DNA from: Chloropicon primus
Taxonomy: Eukaryota
Assembly: GCA_023205875.1 (NCBI GenBank)
Contig: CP060754.1
Coordinates: forward strand, 992,001-1,056,000
Reading direction: 5' to 3'
Length of the DNA stretch: 64,000 nt
The notes under the pieces were generated by a model. The model saw nothing but the letters and a program-made list of their open reading frames with translations. It was not told the DNA's origin and made no database searches. Of this stretch, positions 21,101-29,847 are shown one piece after another (the stretch's first letter is position 1; the number at the start of each line of letters is the position of its first letter). Made by a program: the position numbers and the translations under genes.

Positions 21101-21388
21101 GATTACGTCCTGATGCGGGACAATCTCGAGGACGTCCTGATGGCGGTGGACTTGTCCAAAGCCACCATGCGGAGGATCAAGCAGAACTATGTTTGGGCCA
21201 TGGTCTACAACATCGTTTGCATTCCCTTGGCTGGTGGCGCCCTCTTCCCCTCGACCCACCTGCAGCTCCCCCCTTGGGTCGCGGGGGGCGCGATGGCGCT
21301 TTCATCGGTCAGCGTGGTCTGCTCGTCATTGCTTCTGCATTCTTACAGAAGGCCAGTGTTGAGGCTTGGAGACGTGAAAGTCACTTGA
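18155..21388 (+). CDS. Copper-transporting P1B-type ATPase (HMA5/RAN1-like), copy B
   Basis: Three GMTCSxC HMA motifs, CPC, DKTGT, SEHPL, GDGVND, MALSS. First ATG at 18155. Confidence 0.95.
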   Translation: MESAGSLLKRYWRRRGRGGEAKYERLERREGGEEVDLDSPSTSGTERDVVGARRRVRSVTKAGTTRVETVDAIPSGYERSFRGNHGVFAREADGGVVAVAELSVSGMTCSACSGSVEEALRRVVGVQSVGVSLVTGRVDVTFGVTPGGERPEDVLQVLAQTVEDAGFDVDSSSLAADPSFDRPVLQVRLAIQGMTCSSCSSAVESALSGVPGVAEVKVALAMDEAFVAGDSTKFTAQDVVTAIEDAGFEAQIKSVETQKDEGIVHEIEIDVEGMTCSACQNSVEGILAAVKGVESASVSLITGKAKVTYMLSETKSRDIIKAIEDAGFGASVSQESQSSSSRNKTRESDYWRTLFRRSLMFTVPLFLLSKILPHTSPGLHRILMSEVWGVFLPLHQVLKIALATPVQFWIGRRFYVGAYNALRHGSANMDVLVVLGTTASYAYSLASVLFHSMNKHKYAKDYQPTDFFETGATLITFICLGKYLETSAKAKTSNAISKLMELTPDTAILVELDENNQVKSEQEILTTLIHVGDHLKVLPGSKIPTDGTVSSGSSYVDESMITGESIPVLKSAGDQVIGGTLNTAGLLHMKATKIGSDTALSQIIKMVETAQMSKAPVQRYADKISSYFVPIVVILAVTTFLSWYIAGRAGGYPSDWIPQGHNVFLFSLTFGISVVVVACPCALGLATPTAIMVGTGVGATNGVLIKGGDALEKACHVSCLVFDKTGTLTLGLPSVVDSLHLHPYMKEEECAVLAATAESSSEHPLARAILKYARDVLFGKVRDDSQVTFDTPEEVDILPGFGVICTVKGAAHAEHMARINLTPGSRNARNMRVCIGNRKLMQSEGVRPPESADLWMKDQEEGGRTAVMFAVDGAVASIFAIADPLKPEARGVVEHLQAMGIACAMASGDNWRTAQAIGRDVGISDIHAGISPGEKVDVIKEMQRKNVSVGMVGDGVNDSPALVASDVGIALGSGTDIAVEAADYVLMRDNLEDVLMAVDLSKATMRRIKQNYVWAMVYNIVCIPLAGGALFPSTHLQLPPWVAGGAMALSSVSVVCSSLLLHSYRRPVLRLGDVKVT
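19575..21309. repeat. Inverted repeat arm 2 (partner of 7231-8965)
   Basis: Base-level reverse-complement match, apart from scattered SNPs and one 15-nt patch at 20135-20149. Confidence 0.95.
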
Positions 21389-21548
21389 TGATTGATCCTC
21401 CCTTTGGTTACCGCGGAGGGGTAGTCGTTTATATATTCTTTTCTAGCATAGGTTTGAAGTACAAAGTTATGTTTTTTTTTTGTGTATATATATGTGTGTT
21501 TCGAGACGGGAGTCTCTTTGCGCGCAACAGCAGGGCACTCGACCACCC

Positions 21549-22512
21549 TCACTTCTTCGTTTTCCTCGTGGACATCACTTGAATGCATTTCCTCTTCTTG
21601 TCCGTGACTTCCTTGTTGTTGAACTCTTCCAAGTTCTGGCACGTCAGAATTGCCTCCGCCTCGATGCCCCTGGACGTTTTGCAGATTGGGTTTGACAGCA
21701 GCGATAACTTCTTCAGCTTGGCGCACTTTTCAAACATCTCTTTCAGGCTTGTGCTTTCCCTAATCTTGTTGCGCGAGAAGTCCACCTCCTCAAGCTCGAC
21801 GAGAGTGCTGAGCTTGCTCACGTCACTCATGTTGTTCCCTTGAGCGATGAAGACCTTGAGCGTTGGTGCGATGCTCGTCAAGCTGCCGTTGTTGAACTCG
21901 AGTGACGTCTCGGAGTCGAGCCTCTGGTCGCTAAGGTGGAGTTCCTCAAGAGCGGAGCAGCCGTACAGGCCGGAGACCCTAGCCACGCAGTTGCAGTCCA
22001 TGTAAAGCTTCTTCAGGTTGGGGAGACTCTTTTCAGGTCCAGAAGGAAGGTAAGTGGTGAACAAATCGTCAGCAAGGCGAGACGAGGAAGGAGGATCTTC
22101 GATGCGCCTTTTGACTTACCTGGATCATCTCCGTCGACTCGAGGCTATTGTTCTGCAGGTAAAGGTGCGTGAGGCCCTTGCACGGAGCAAGAGACCCGAT
22201 GTAACTGATTTTGTTGTCGTACAGGTACAACACCGACAGAGCCTTGAACCTCTTCAGGTCGTCCACCCTCGTCAGGGGCGGGGTCAACCCGTGGAGTTTG
22301 AGGTGGGTGATCTGTGCCATGACCTCGTCCACTTCCTCCAAGGTCTTGTTCTTGTACTTGCTGTTCCACCCGATAGCCTTGAGCAACTCCTGCTCCGTGG
22401 GCTGGGTGTCCTGGCTGGTTCTCTGTTCCACCAAGTCCTTGGTGGCGCCGTCGTTCTTCGACGACTCCTGGGACGACATGGTCGTCGCGCTCAGGGTGGT
22501 CTTGGGCGCCAT
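21549..22512 (-). CDS. SDS22-type leucine-rich-repeat protein, PPP1R42/TLRR-like; intron 22029-22119
   Basis: LRRs LSVLYLYDNKI, LTHLYLQNN, LKKLYMDCN, LEELHLSDQRL, LLSNPIC. Phase-0 GTAAGT…AAG intron joins the two ORFs. Confidence 0.7.
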
Positions 22513-22940
22513 GCTTCCTTCCCGTTCCCGAAGCGCGCGAGCGAGCGACCTTGCAACAAGGTGTCGTCCTGTCCGTCCTCCAGCTGCTGCTTCAAAGTTC
22601 AAATTTTCACCAAAATCTTTCCAGCCAGGGGAGATGGAGGAGAGGGACATACATCATTAAAAGACGAGGACGAGGACGAGAGGACGAGGACGAGGGGGAA
22701 AGGGGGGAATCCTCTTTCTTTCTCTCTCTCTCTCTCTCTTCGTCTGCCACTGCGTGGTCGACGACGGGCTTTCCGTGGACCGGGGAGGGTTGTCGCGTCG
22801 CGACCGGTCGCGTGAACCGAAGGGGGGGGAGTGTGAGTATATTGTGCGTGTGCGTCGGGATAAAAGAATCGAATCGTCGTTGTACAAAAATGTTACACGC
22901 AGAAAAATATGTAAAAATTTCAGACCCCCACTCCTTCGCT

Positions 22941-23494
22941 TTACGCCTTTCCCCCCCTCTTCCCCTCGGCGGCGGCGTCCCTGCTGCTCTTCCTATTCGA
23001 GGGGAGCCTCCTCGCCTCCTCCCTGCTGAGGAACTCATTCACGGGGGGCTCCAGGAGTCCATTCACCCTGTAGGTGTTCTCAAGGAACCGGTCGTAGTAC
23101 AGGCCCGCCCGGATGCCCCCGAGCACGAGGGGGAGCGAGATGATCAGCGCCACCAGGGCGGGGCTGAACTTCTGCTTGGGCGGCCTCCTCAGGGTATTCC
23201 CCCCAGCGTAGCGGTGTTGGTGGTTAGCGTAACTCGTGTTTTGGTTCTTGCTGATGTCCGTCAGGTAGTTGTAGGCGTTCGTGACCCTCACGAAGTCCTC
23301 GGGCCTCGCGTCGGCGTTCACGTCCGGGTGGAGCTTGAGACACTTGTCCCTGTACGCCCGCTTCACCTGCGGGGTTGGGGGAGAGAAGGGGGTCAGTCGT
23401 CCGTCGCGAGCGGCGTTCCTCTCTTCGCGCTTACCTCCTCCAAGGTCGCCCCTGACCTCAGGCCCAAGACGTCGTGCGGGGACTCGACCGGCAT
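22941..23494 (-). CDS. Small DnaJ/Hsp40 J-domain protein with one TM helix; intron 23367-23434
   Basis: Spliced MPVESPHDVLGL…EE|VKRAYRDKCLKLHPDVN…F..V.NAY (HPD motif), followed by a hydrophobic helix. Confidence 0.85.
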
Positions 23495-24503
23495 GTCTGA
23501 ATCTATCAGAGGTCGTCGTCCTGATTAGTTAACGCCCCTTCCACCTTGTTGTTCTCTCATCTTGCCTCGGCAGCAACAGAAACTCGTCTCCCGGACTCGG
23601 GGCAAGGCAAGGCGATGCCGAGCACAAAACCTATACCTCCAGGCCCTCGTCGTCGTCGCGTGCAGGCCAGGTCACTACGGAACGGAATGGAAAACGGTGG
23701 CTCCTTGCTCTTCCACGTCACCCGTCGTAGAGTTCCTGCGTTCCTTCGTCTTCGTCTCCCCTACCCACAAGGCGTAGCGTGGCGTGGCGCCAACCCAATG
23801 CCGACCCCTTCCCTCCGTCCCCCCGCACGCTCACTCGTGGTCGAGCGATGAGGATGAGGATGAGGAAGGATGAGGAAGTGAGGATGAGGTTGAGGTTGAG
23901 GATTGAGTTCCTGGTGAGAAAGAGAGAGTCGCCGATTCTTTCTTTCCGGTGTCTAATGTATTCTTCCGAGCCACTTGAACTGAGTCCACTCCTCTTTGTA
24001 TTGTCGTGGTTGCTCCCTCCCTCTCTCTCTCTCTCTCTCAGGTGAGGAAGACTTGATCTTCTTTCCTGCTGGCCTCTTCTTCAGCGGAGCGCTCAGGGGA
24101 TTCGGATCGGATCCGAATCGGATCCTGGAAAAAAGTGGAATGACCTGTGGAGGCCAAGATGGAATATCTACATGAAATCCACGAAATCGAAGAAGAAAAA
24201 ATGATTGGACGATTGGACGACAGAGAGCGGAGCTCCACCACCAGACAAAAAGAAAAGGAGAGAGACCAAAGAAAGCTTGGCCGACGACTCAGTTGTTCAA
24301 CTGGAGTTCACTTCAGCGGTTGGGTTGCAGGGACTTGATACGCGGGCGGTCGGGTGGTGTGGTCTGATTAGACGAGTTTCAATCGATCGATTCGATTCGA
24401 TTCGCAACGCGCGCGCACGCGTTCGTTTTTCGTTCATCTTTTTGTTTCTTTGTTTTCTACGGAAAGGAAAGGGGGCCGTGTTCCCTTTGTTGCCCTCTGT
24501 TTG

Positions 24504-24538
<35 letters not shown>

Positions 24539-24557
24539 CGTTGAGTGAGTCGAGAAT

Positions 24558-25823
24558 ATGAGTGGTGGTGGCAAGTTGGTGGCGAGGCCGGGACTGGCGA
24601 GGCCGGCGGGGGTGTCCCACCGCCCGAGCCTGCCCCGGCGGGTCGTCGTCCACGCGGCGTCGTCGAGGAGGGGCTCCTCGTCCTCCGGTGGCAGGCTCCC
24701 CCCGCGAAGGGGACGCACCTCGGAGAAGCCCGGAAGATCCACCAGGGCGATCGTGGAGGAGACCGTGATGTACGTCGAGGGCGGCGAGGCGCCCGCGCCG
24801 GAGTCGGAGGCCAACACGGAGGCCAACACGTCGACCTCGTACAGCAAGCTGTACGACAGGTTGATGTCCTCCGGGCCCCTGAGGATGCACAGGCAGGTTC
24901 CCAAGCCCTCCAAGGAGGCCCAGATGAAGGAGGAGAACGCCTACAAGCTGTGGCTCTCGGACGTGGCCGTGACGGTGAAGAGGAAGTACTTCTTCGGCAG
25001 GAAGTTCATGGTCAGGGACCTGGCCGTGTTCGCTCTCGTGTCGTCGATGCACTTGGGCCTGCTGTGGGCCCCCGCGACGTTCAGCTGGGGGAACCTCGGC
25101 CTTTGCATGCTACTTTATTTCGTCACCGGCTGTATCGGCATCACCTTTGGGTACCACAGAATGATAGCCCACAAGAGCTTCGTCGTCCCAAAGTGGCTGG
25201 AGTACGCCGCGGCGTACTGCGGGGCCTTGTCCATCCAGGGCGACCCCATGGAGTGGGCCAGCACCCACAGGTACCACCACCTGCACACGGACACCCCGAA
25301 GGACCCGCACAGCACCTACGAGGGCGCCTGGTGGAGCCACGCCGGGTGGTTCCTCGACAACGAGATGACGCTGAGCAGGACGGAGGACCACACCAACGCC
25401 AAGGACATGATGGCGCAGCCCTTCTACAGGTTCATGCAGAAGACTTACTCCTGGCACATCCTGCTCTCGATGGGCCTTCTCTACGCTTTCGGGGGGCTAC
25501 CCGCCCTCATCTGGGGCGGGTGCGTGAGGACCTGCATCGTCTGGCACATCACGTGGAGCATCAACTCCTTCTGCCACATCTACGGAAGGCAGGAGTACGA
25601 CACCAGGGACCTGTCCAAGAACAACTGGCTGTTCGGACTCTTGGCCTGGGGGGAGGGCTGGCACAACAACCACCACGCCTTTGAGTACTCGGCGAGGCAC
25701 GGCCTCAAGTGGTGGCAGTTCGACCTCACCTGGATCATCATCCGTAGCTTGCAGTTTGTCGGTCTCGCGAAGAAGGTGAAGCTCCCAACGGAGGCGGCCA
25801 AGGCCAAGCTGGCCTTTGAGTAG
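24558..25823 (+). CDS. Plastid acyl-lipid delta-7/delta-9 desaturase (FAD5/ADS family)
   Basis: His boxes HRMIAH, HRYHH, HNNHH; EYSARHGLKWWQFD; transit-peptide-like N-terminus. Confidence 0.92.
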   Translation: MSGGGKLVARPGLARPAGVSHRPSLPRRVVVHAASSRRGSSSSGGRLPPRRGRTSEKPGRSTRAIVEETVMYVEGGEAPAPESEANTEANTSTSYSKLYDRLMSSGPLRMHRQVPKPSKEAQMKEENAYKLWLSDVAVTVKRKYFFGRKFMVRDLAVFALVSSMHLGLLWAPATFSWGNLGLCMLLYFVTGCIGITFGYHRMIAHKSFVVPKWLEYAAAYCGALSIQGDPMEWASTHRYHHLHTDTPKDPHSTYEGAWWSHAGWFLDNEMTLSRTEDHTNAKDMMAQPFYRFMQKTYSWHILLSMGLLYAFGGLPALIWGGCVRTCIVWHITWSINSFCHIYGRQEYDTRDLSKNNWLFGLLAWGEGWHNNHHAFEYSARHGLKWWQFDLTWIIIRSLQFVGLAKKVKLPTEAAKAKLAFE

Positions 25824-26035
25824 GCACGCGTGCACACGGGGGGTAGTGGGGTCGTAGAGCACGAAGGCAGTATTTACAAGGAAGGAGCGAAAAAGGAAAC
25901 CAATTTTTTTTTTAGCTAGATTGTGGGGATTTTCGCGCTTTGCGTTTCCGAAGTCAATAAATCATTTTCAGTTTACTCCTCACGAGATGGTCTTCAAGGA
26001 AAATCGTCGCATTGAAATAGGATCTTATCTGAGCT

Positions 26036-27475
26036 TTATGAGTACCAACCTCCCCTCTCCCTCGCGCTGCCACCTCCCTGGCTCCCTGGTCCGTTCATGA
26101 GCTGGTCCAGTACGATGTTCAGGTCCACCGACTGGCCGTTCTCGGTCAGCCTCCTCACCACGTCCCGCACGGCTTGTCTCGTGAAGCCCATCGCGGCGAC
26201 GTCCTCCACAACCTTCTCGATCGGCACCCGGTTCGAGCTGACCTGGCTCGGCTCCTGCCTCCCGGAAGGCGGGCCGGGCTGCGGGCGGCTGTTTGGCGGG
26301 GGTCTGAAGTTCCCGTAAGGTGGGGGTGGGGGCAACACCGGGGCAGGCAGGCCTGCGTGCGTGTGCCCGTACTGTTGTGGCTGTGCTGGCGGCGGCGCTG
26401 GAGGTCCCTGAGAGTACGAGGCCATCTGGGGACTGACTGGTGGCTGCTGCTGCTGCGGCTGCCTCGGCACAGGCATCGAAGGCTGTGGTGGTGGTGGGGC
26501 TTGCATGCTTGGCGGTGCGAAGTGGTTTGGCCGGGGCTGGAACGATGGCTGGCCCACGGGTTGAGTTTGGGGCGGGAACCCGGCACCCGAGCCCATGGCG
26601 AACATCCCTGGACCGCCGGCGTTCGGCATCATCTGAGCGTTCTGGGGGGGGTTGCCCCCCTGCCCAGGGCCAGAGTGCTTGGGCTGAAAGTGCACTGGCT
26701 TCTGGGCCTCTGGGGCGGCCTCCCTCGCCTTGGCCTTCTCCTTGAGGGAGCTCCTGCGTCTCGTGGACTTCTTCTTAGGCACGGGCACGACGACCTCCTC
26801 CTCATCGGAGCTCTCCTCCTCCTCCTCCTCAGAAACTTCTTCTTGCTCCTCCTCCTCCTCCTCCTCCGACGCCCTGTCGTTCTTCTGGCCCTTAGTCGTC
26901 ACCGTGGCTCTCGCGATCTCCTGCTGCGCGTCGAAGAGCTCCTGCTTGTCCTTCAGGAGCTGTACGCTCCTCACCACGTCCTTGAACGTCGACTCCAAGC
27001 TCGCCAGCTTGGTGTCCATGGAGGTGGTCAGCGCGTTCACGGACAGGGAGTGCTGCTCCATCGTGGCCTCCACCATCTCCAGCCTCGCTTCAAGCCTCCC
27101 GAACACCTGGGTCATCGTGTCAATCTTTCCGATGAACTCCTCCGTCAGGGCCTTGAGGGCGTACGCCACGACCCTCTCCGTCGACGTCGCAGCCTGGTCG
27201 GGTCCCTGGGACGCGGGCCTCTGCGCCTGCACGCCCGAGCCGTGGGGCGAGGGGGCTGGAAGCCCATTCCCCTTTGAAGGGCTCGCGGACATGGGCTGCT
27301 GCTGCTGTTGTTGCTGCTGCTGTGTATGCGTCGTGGGCTTCATCGCGAGCACGGGGTCGTTCGCCAGACCCGGGTTGCCCCTCCGGAGCGTACCGTCCGC
27401 CGAGCTCGGCCCAGAAAGCATTGCGGAGAGGTCCGCAAGCAAGTTGGATGCCGCGTTCGCGGGCGGCGAAGCCAT
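26036..27475 (-). CDS. DUF1421 / FLOE1-like prion-like protein
   Basis: Coiled coil ending VQLLKDKQELFDAQ, acidic tract, Q/P-rich region, C-terminal VVEDVAAMGF.R..VR.VV..L.ENGQSVDLNIVLDQLMN. Confidence 0.8.
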   Translation of the reverse strand: MASPPANAASNLLADLSAMLSGPSSADGTLRRGNPGLANDPVLAMKPTTHTQQQQQQQQQPMSASPSKGNGLPAPSPHGSGVQAQRPASQGPDQAATSTERVVAYALKALTEEFIGKIDTMTQVFGRLEARLEMVEATMEQHSLSVNALTTSMDTKLASLESTFKDVVRSVQLLKDKQELFDAQQEIARATVTTKGQKNDRASEEEEEEEQEEVSEEEEEESSDEEEVVVPVPKKKSTRRRSSLKEKAKAREAAPEAQKPVHFQPKHSGPGQGGNPPQNAQMMPNAGGPGMFAMGSGAGFPPQTQPVGQPSFQPRPNHFAPPSMQAPPPPQPSMPVPRQPQQQQPPVSPQMASYSQGPPAPPPAQPQQYGHTHAGLPAPVLPPPPPYGNFRPPPNSRPQPGPPSGRQEPSQVSSNRVPIEKVVEDVAAMGFTRQAVRDVVRRLTENGQSVDLNIVLDQLMNGPGSQGGGSARERGGWYS

Positions 27476-27666
27476 CCTCTCCCTCGTCCTCTTCTCTCTC
27501 TCTCTCTCTCAACTCCCTCGACTTCGACGACGAAGCGACGAAGCGCGCGTCTCCCCTTTTGCTTTTTGATATTTTGTCTTCTCTTGAAGGGGAGGAGAGG
27601 AGGACGAAAGGCTTTTCGGACAGGGGAGGGGACGGACGATTGGGTCGGGTGTGTGTGTGTCGATTG

Positions 27667-27698
27667 TAGATTAGATTAGATTAGATTAGATTAGATTA
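27667..27698. repeat. (TAGAT)n pentanucleotide microsatellite, ~6 units
   Basis: tagattagattagattagattagattagatta. Confidence 0.9.
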
Positions 27699-27743
27699 CC
27701 TTTGTTTTGTTTTGTTTGAGTATGTACAAGGGGACTGCCCTTT

Positions 27744-27811
27744 GGCCAAAAGGGTTGTTCGGCTCCAACCCGGATACGTTTTGGGGTTGGAGCTTCATTG
27801 GTGACGCCAAA
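27744..27811 (-). promoter_or_regulatory. SECIS element in the 3' UTR of the selenoprotein S gene
   Basis: Minus strand AUGAA-GCUCCAACCC-cAAAAcguaucc-GGGUUGGAGC-CGAA: UGAN/NGAN quartet, 10-bp helix II, apical AAAA. Flanking UUGGC/GCCAA can form the lower helix. Confidence 0.85.
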
Positions 27812-27888
27812 GCAAGAGCTTGTGGGTACGCTGCGCAAGGGAGCAGTCTCCTCAGAATGAGCTAGGGGTCTCTCCCCCTAGCTCGGAC

Positions 27889-28647
27889 TTAACCTCACCC
27901 ACCTCGGGGGCGGCTTATGCCCGAGGGCCTGTGCCTGGGGAGCTCGCAGGAGCCCATGAGCGGGTTGTAGCTGCTGCTGCGCTTGGAGCTTCCCGTTTTC
28001 TCGCCCCTCGGCTGCAAGCCCAGGCGGGCTGCCCTCTCGTTGATCTCATCCAGCCTGCGACTCCTCTCCTCTTCCCTTCTCGTCGCGTTGGACTGCGTCT
28101 GCTCCTCTATCTCCCTCACCCGCTTCTCGAAGGCCTCTGCCTGCTTCTTCCGCACCTGCTCCCTCTGCTTATCGAGCTTCGCCTCCCGCCGACGAAGATC
28201 CTCGCCATAAAGGCCGCTCTCCACCTTCTTCGCAAACCTGTTTGTTGGGATGCACATGAACACGAACCAAACACACAGCAGGGGTGGGGGAGACCGAGGT
28301 GGCGAGGGACAACGGTGTCAGCGCGTGGGTTCGCGAACTGCAACCAGAACCCGAGAATCCCATCTTTCGATCCGAGGTCTCGCGAGATCATGCTCCCTCT
28401 CCCAACTTCCTCCTCCTCCTCCTCCCCCTCCTCCACAAGAAGAAGAAGAAGAAGAAGAAGAAGAAGAAGAACGAGACCTTCCTTACCTTTGGAAGCTCGG
28501 CAGGAGAAACGACGTCGCCACAACCCCCGCGAGTATGAACCAGCCGTACGTTTCCAGAAACCCCACGAACCCTGCCACACTCAAGTCGTACCACGCCCCC
28601 TGACTCCCCACGTGAAATCCACCACCACCTCCCCCTCCCGTCTCCAT
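27889..28647 (-). CDS. SELENOS: Selenoprotein S (SelS/VIMP)-like, 169 aa, Sec at UGA 27897-27895; exons 28647-28487 and 28237-27889
   Basis: Spliced product has a TM helix (FLETYGWFILAGVVATSFLL), a coiled coil, and ends SYNPLMG…RPSG…RGG-UGA-G-UAA, as in the SelS YNPL…GGUG terminus. A SECIS lies downstream. Confidence 0.85.
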
Positions 28648-28741
28648 CCTCCTCTCTCTCTCTCTCTCTCTCTCTCTTGGGTTGGAGTTGGGAGGGACAG
28701 GAGGGACGAGGGGAGGGGTCGAGGTGCGAGGGGGCGTGAGA

Positions 28742-29674
28742 ATGTCTAGCTTCTTCGAGGCTGGCGCGGCGCTCCGCCGATTCGACGCCAGGGCATGCCG
28801 GGGAATAGTCCGTCGCGCTCGCAGGAGGAGGAGGATGTCCGAGGATGTCCGAGTGCCGTGCAGGGCGAGTGTCGGGGGTCGACAGGCCCGGGAATCGGTC
28901 TCGGGGGGTAAGGGGGCGACGACGTGGGAACGGCGTCGCGGAGTCGTGCTCGGGTTGTTGGCGGGAGGCTTATTCGCGAACCCGCTTCAAGCTTACGGTG
29001 GGGTGCCACCCGCAAGCAGCTTGCAGGCGTGCCTGAAGAGCTTGGAGGGCGCACTGGTCGAGCTCCAAGGTCTTCGCGGGGAGGTGCAGCTCAGGGCGAG
29101 GCTGTCCGCTTCCCTGGGCCCGGAGATCTCCAAAGACGTGAGGAAAAAACTCCGAGGCGGAGAGCTGGGGAAGCTTGCCAAGATCACTGCGCTCGTGGAC
29201 GACTACATCATCGGGGAGGGGGAGCTCTCGGAGCTCGACGAGGCTGTTTGGCAGACCATGATGCCGAGCTCCATGGGAAGGAAGACCGTGAAGGTTCCCT
29301 TCGGCCCAAACGATTTCGTCTGCGCCATTCTAAGCTGCATCAATGATCCGCGGACGGTTCCGAGCACGGACGTCGTGCTGACCAAGAAGGTGAGCGATCG
29401 AGCGAACGAACGAGCGAACGATCCCGAGAAAGCCAGGCCCAGCAACCTCTTCTAACCCTCGCTTTCTCTCTTCCTGCGTGCGCGCCTGCCTCTTCCCTTG
29501 TTCCCTTGTTGATTGTTGATCGGTCGTCTCAAGATGCTGGACGAGGGCCTCGGAATGGGATCTGTTGCCGACCCGAGAATCACGTCCGAGGGAATCCTGG
29601 GCAACATCGACGACCTCAGCGAGAAGCTCACAAGCTACGTGACGCTTGCCAAATCAAGGAGCGGGTTGCCCTGA
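28742..29674 (+). CDS. Putative thylakoid-lumen protein (Tat-type bipartite targeting); intron 29390-29533
   Basis: R-rich transit-like N-terminus, then ERRRGVVLGLLAGGLFANPLQA. A phase-0 GTGAG…AAG intron leads to a 46-codon last exon. Confidence 0.5.
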
Positions 29675-29847
29675 CCATCCACCACCATCGCCACCTTCCC
29701 GATCATCATCAAGGAGTCGGTCCAGGCCTAAATCATCTCCAAATTTGAATTTCGCGTGCGTTTGACCGACCGACCGTTACGACAGCCGAGCGCGTCGCGG
29801 CTGAGGAGGACCAACCCAAGCTCCAGAGCGAGAGTAGAGCATTGAGG

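Noticed and set aside
7231..21309. Inverted repeats as terminal repeats of a transposon
   Set aside because: The arms are internal coding parts of ATPase genes; there is no transposase or target-site duplication.
23546..24340. Short ORFs and (GATGAG)n run between the DnaJ and desaturase genes
   Set aside because: Repeat-derived frames with no convincing spliced model.
27667..27698. (TTAGA)n as a telomere relic or CRISPR-like array
   Set aside because: It has no G-run telomeric unit and no spacers; it is a simple microsatellite.
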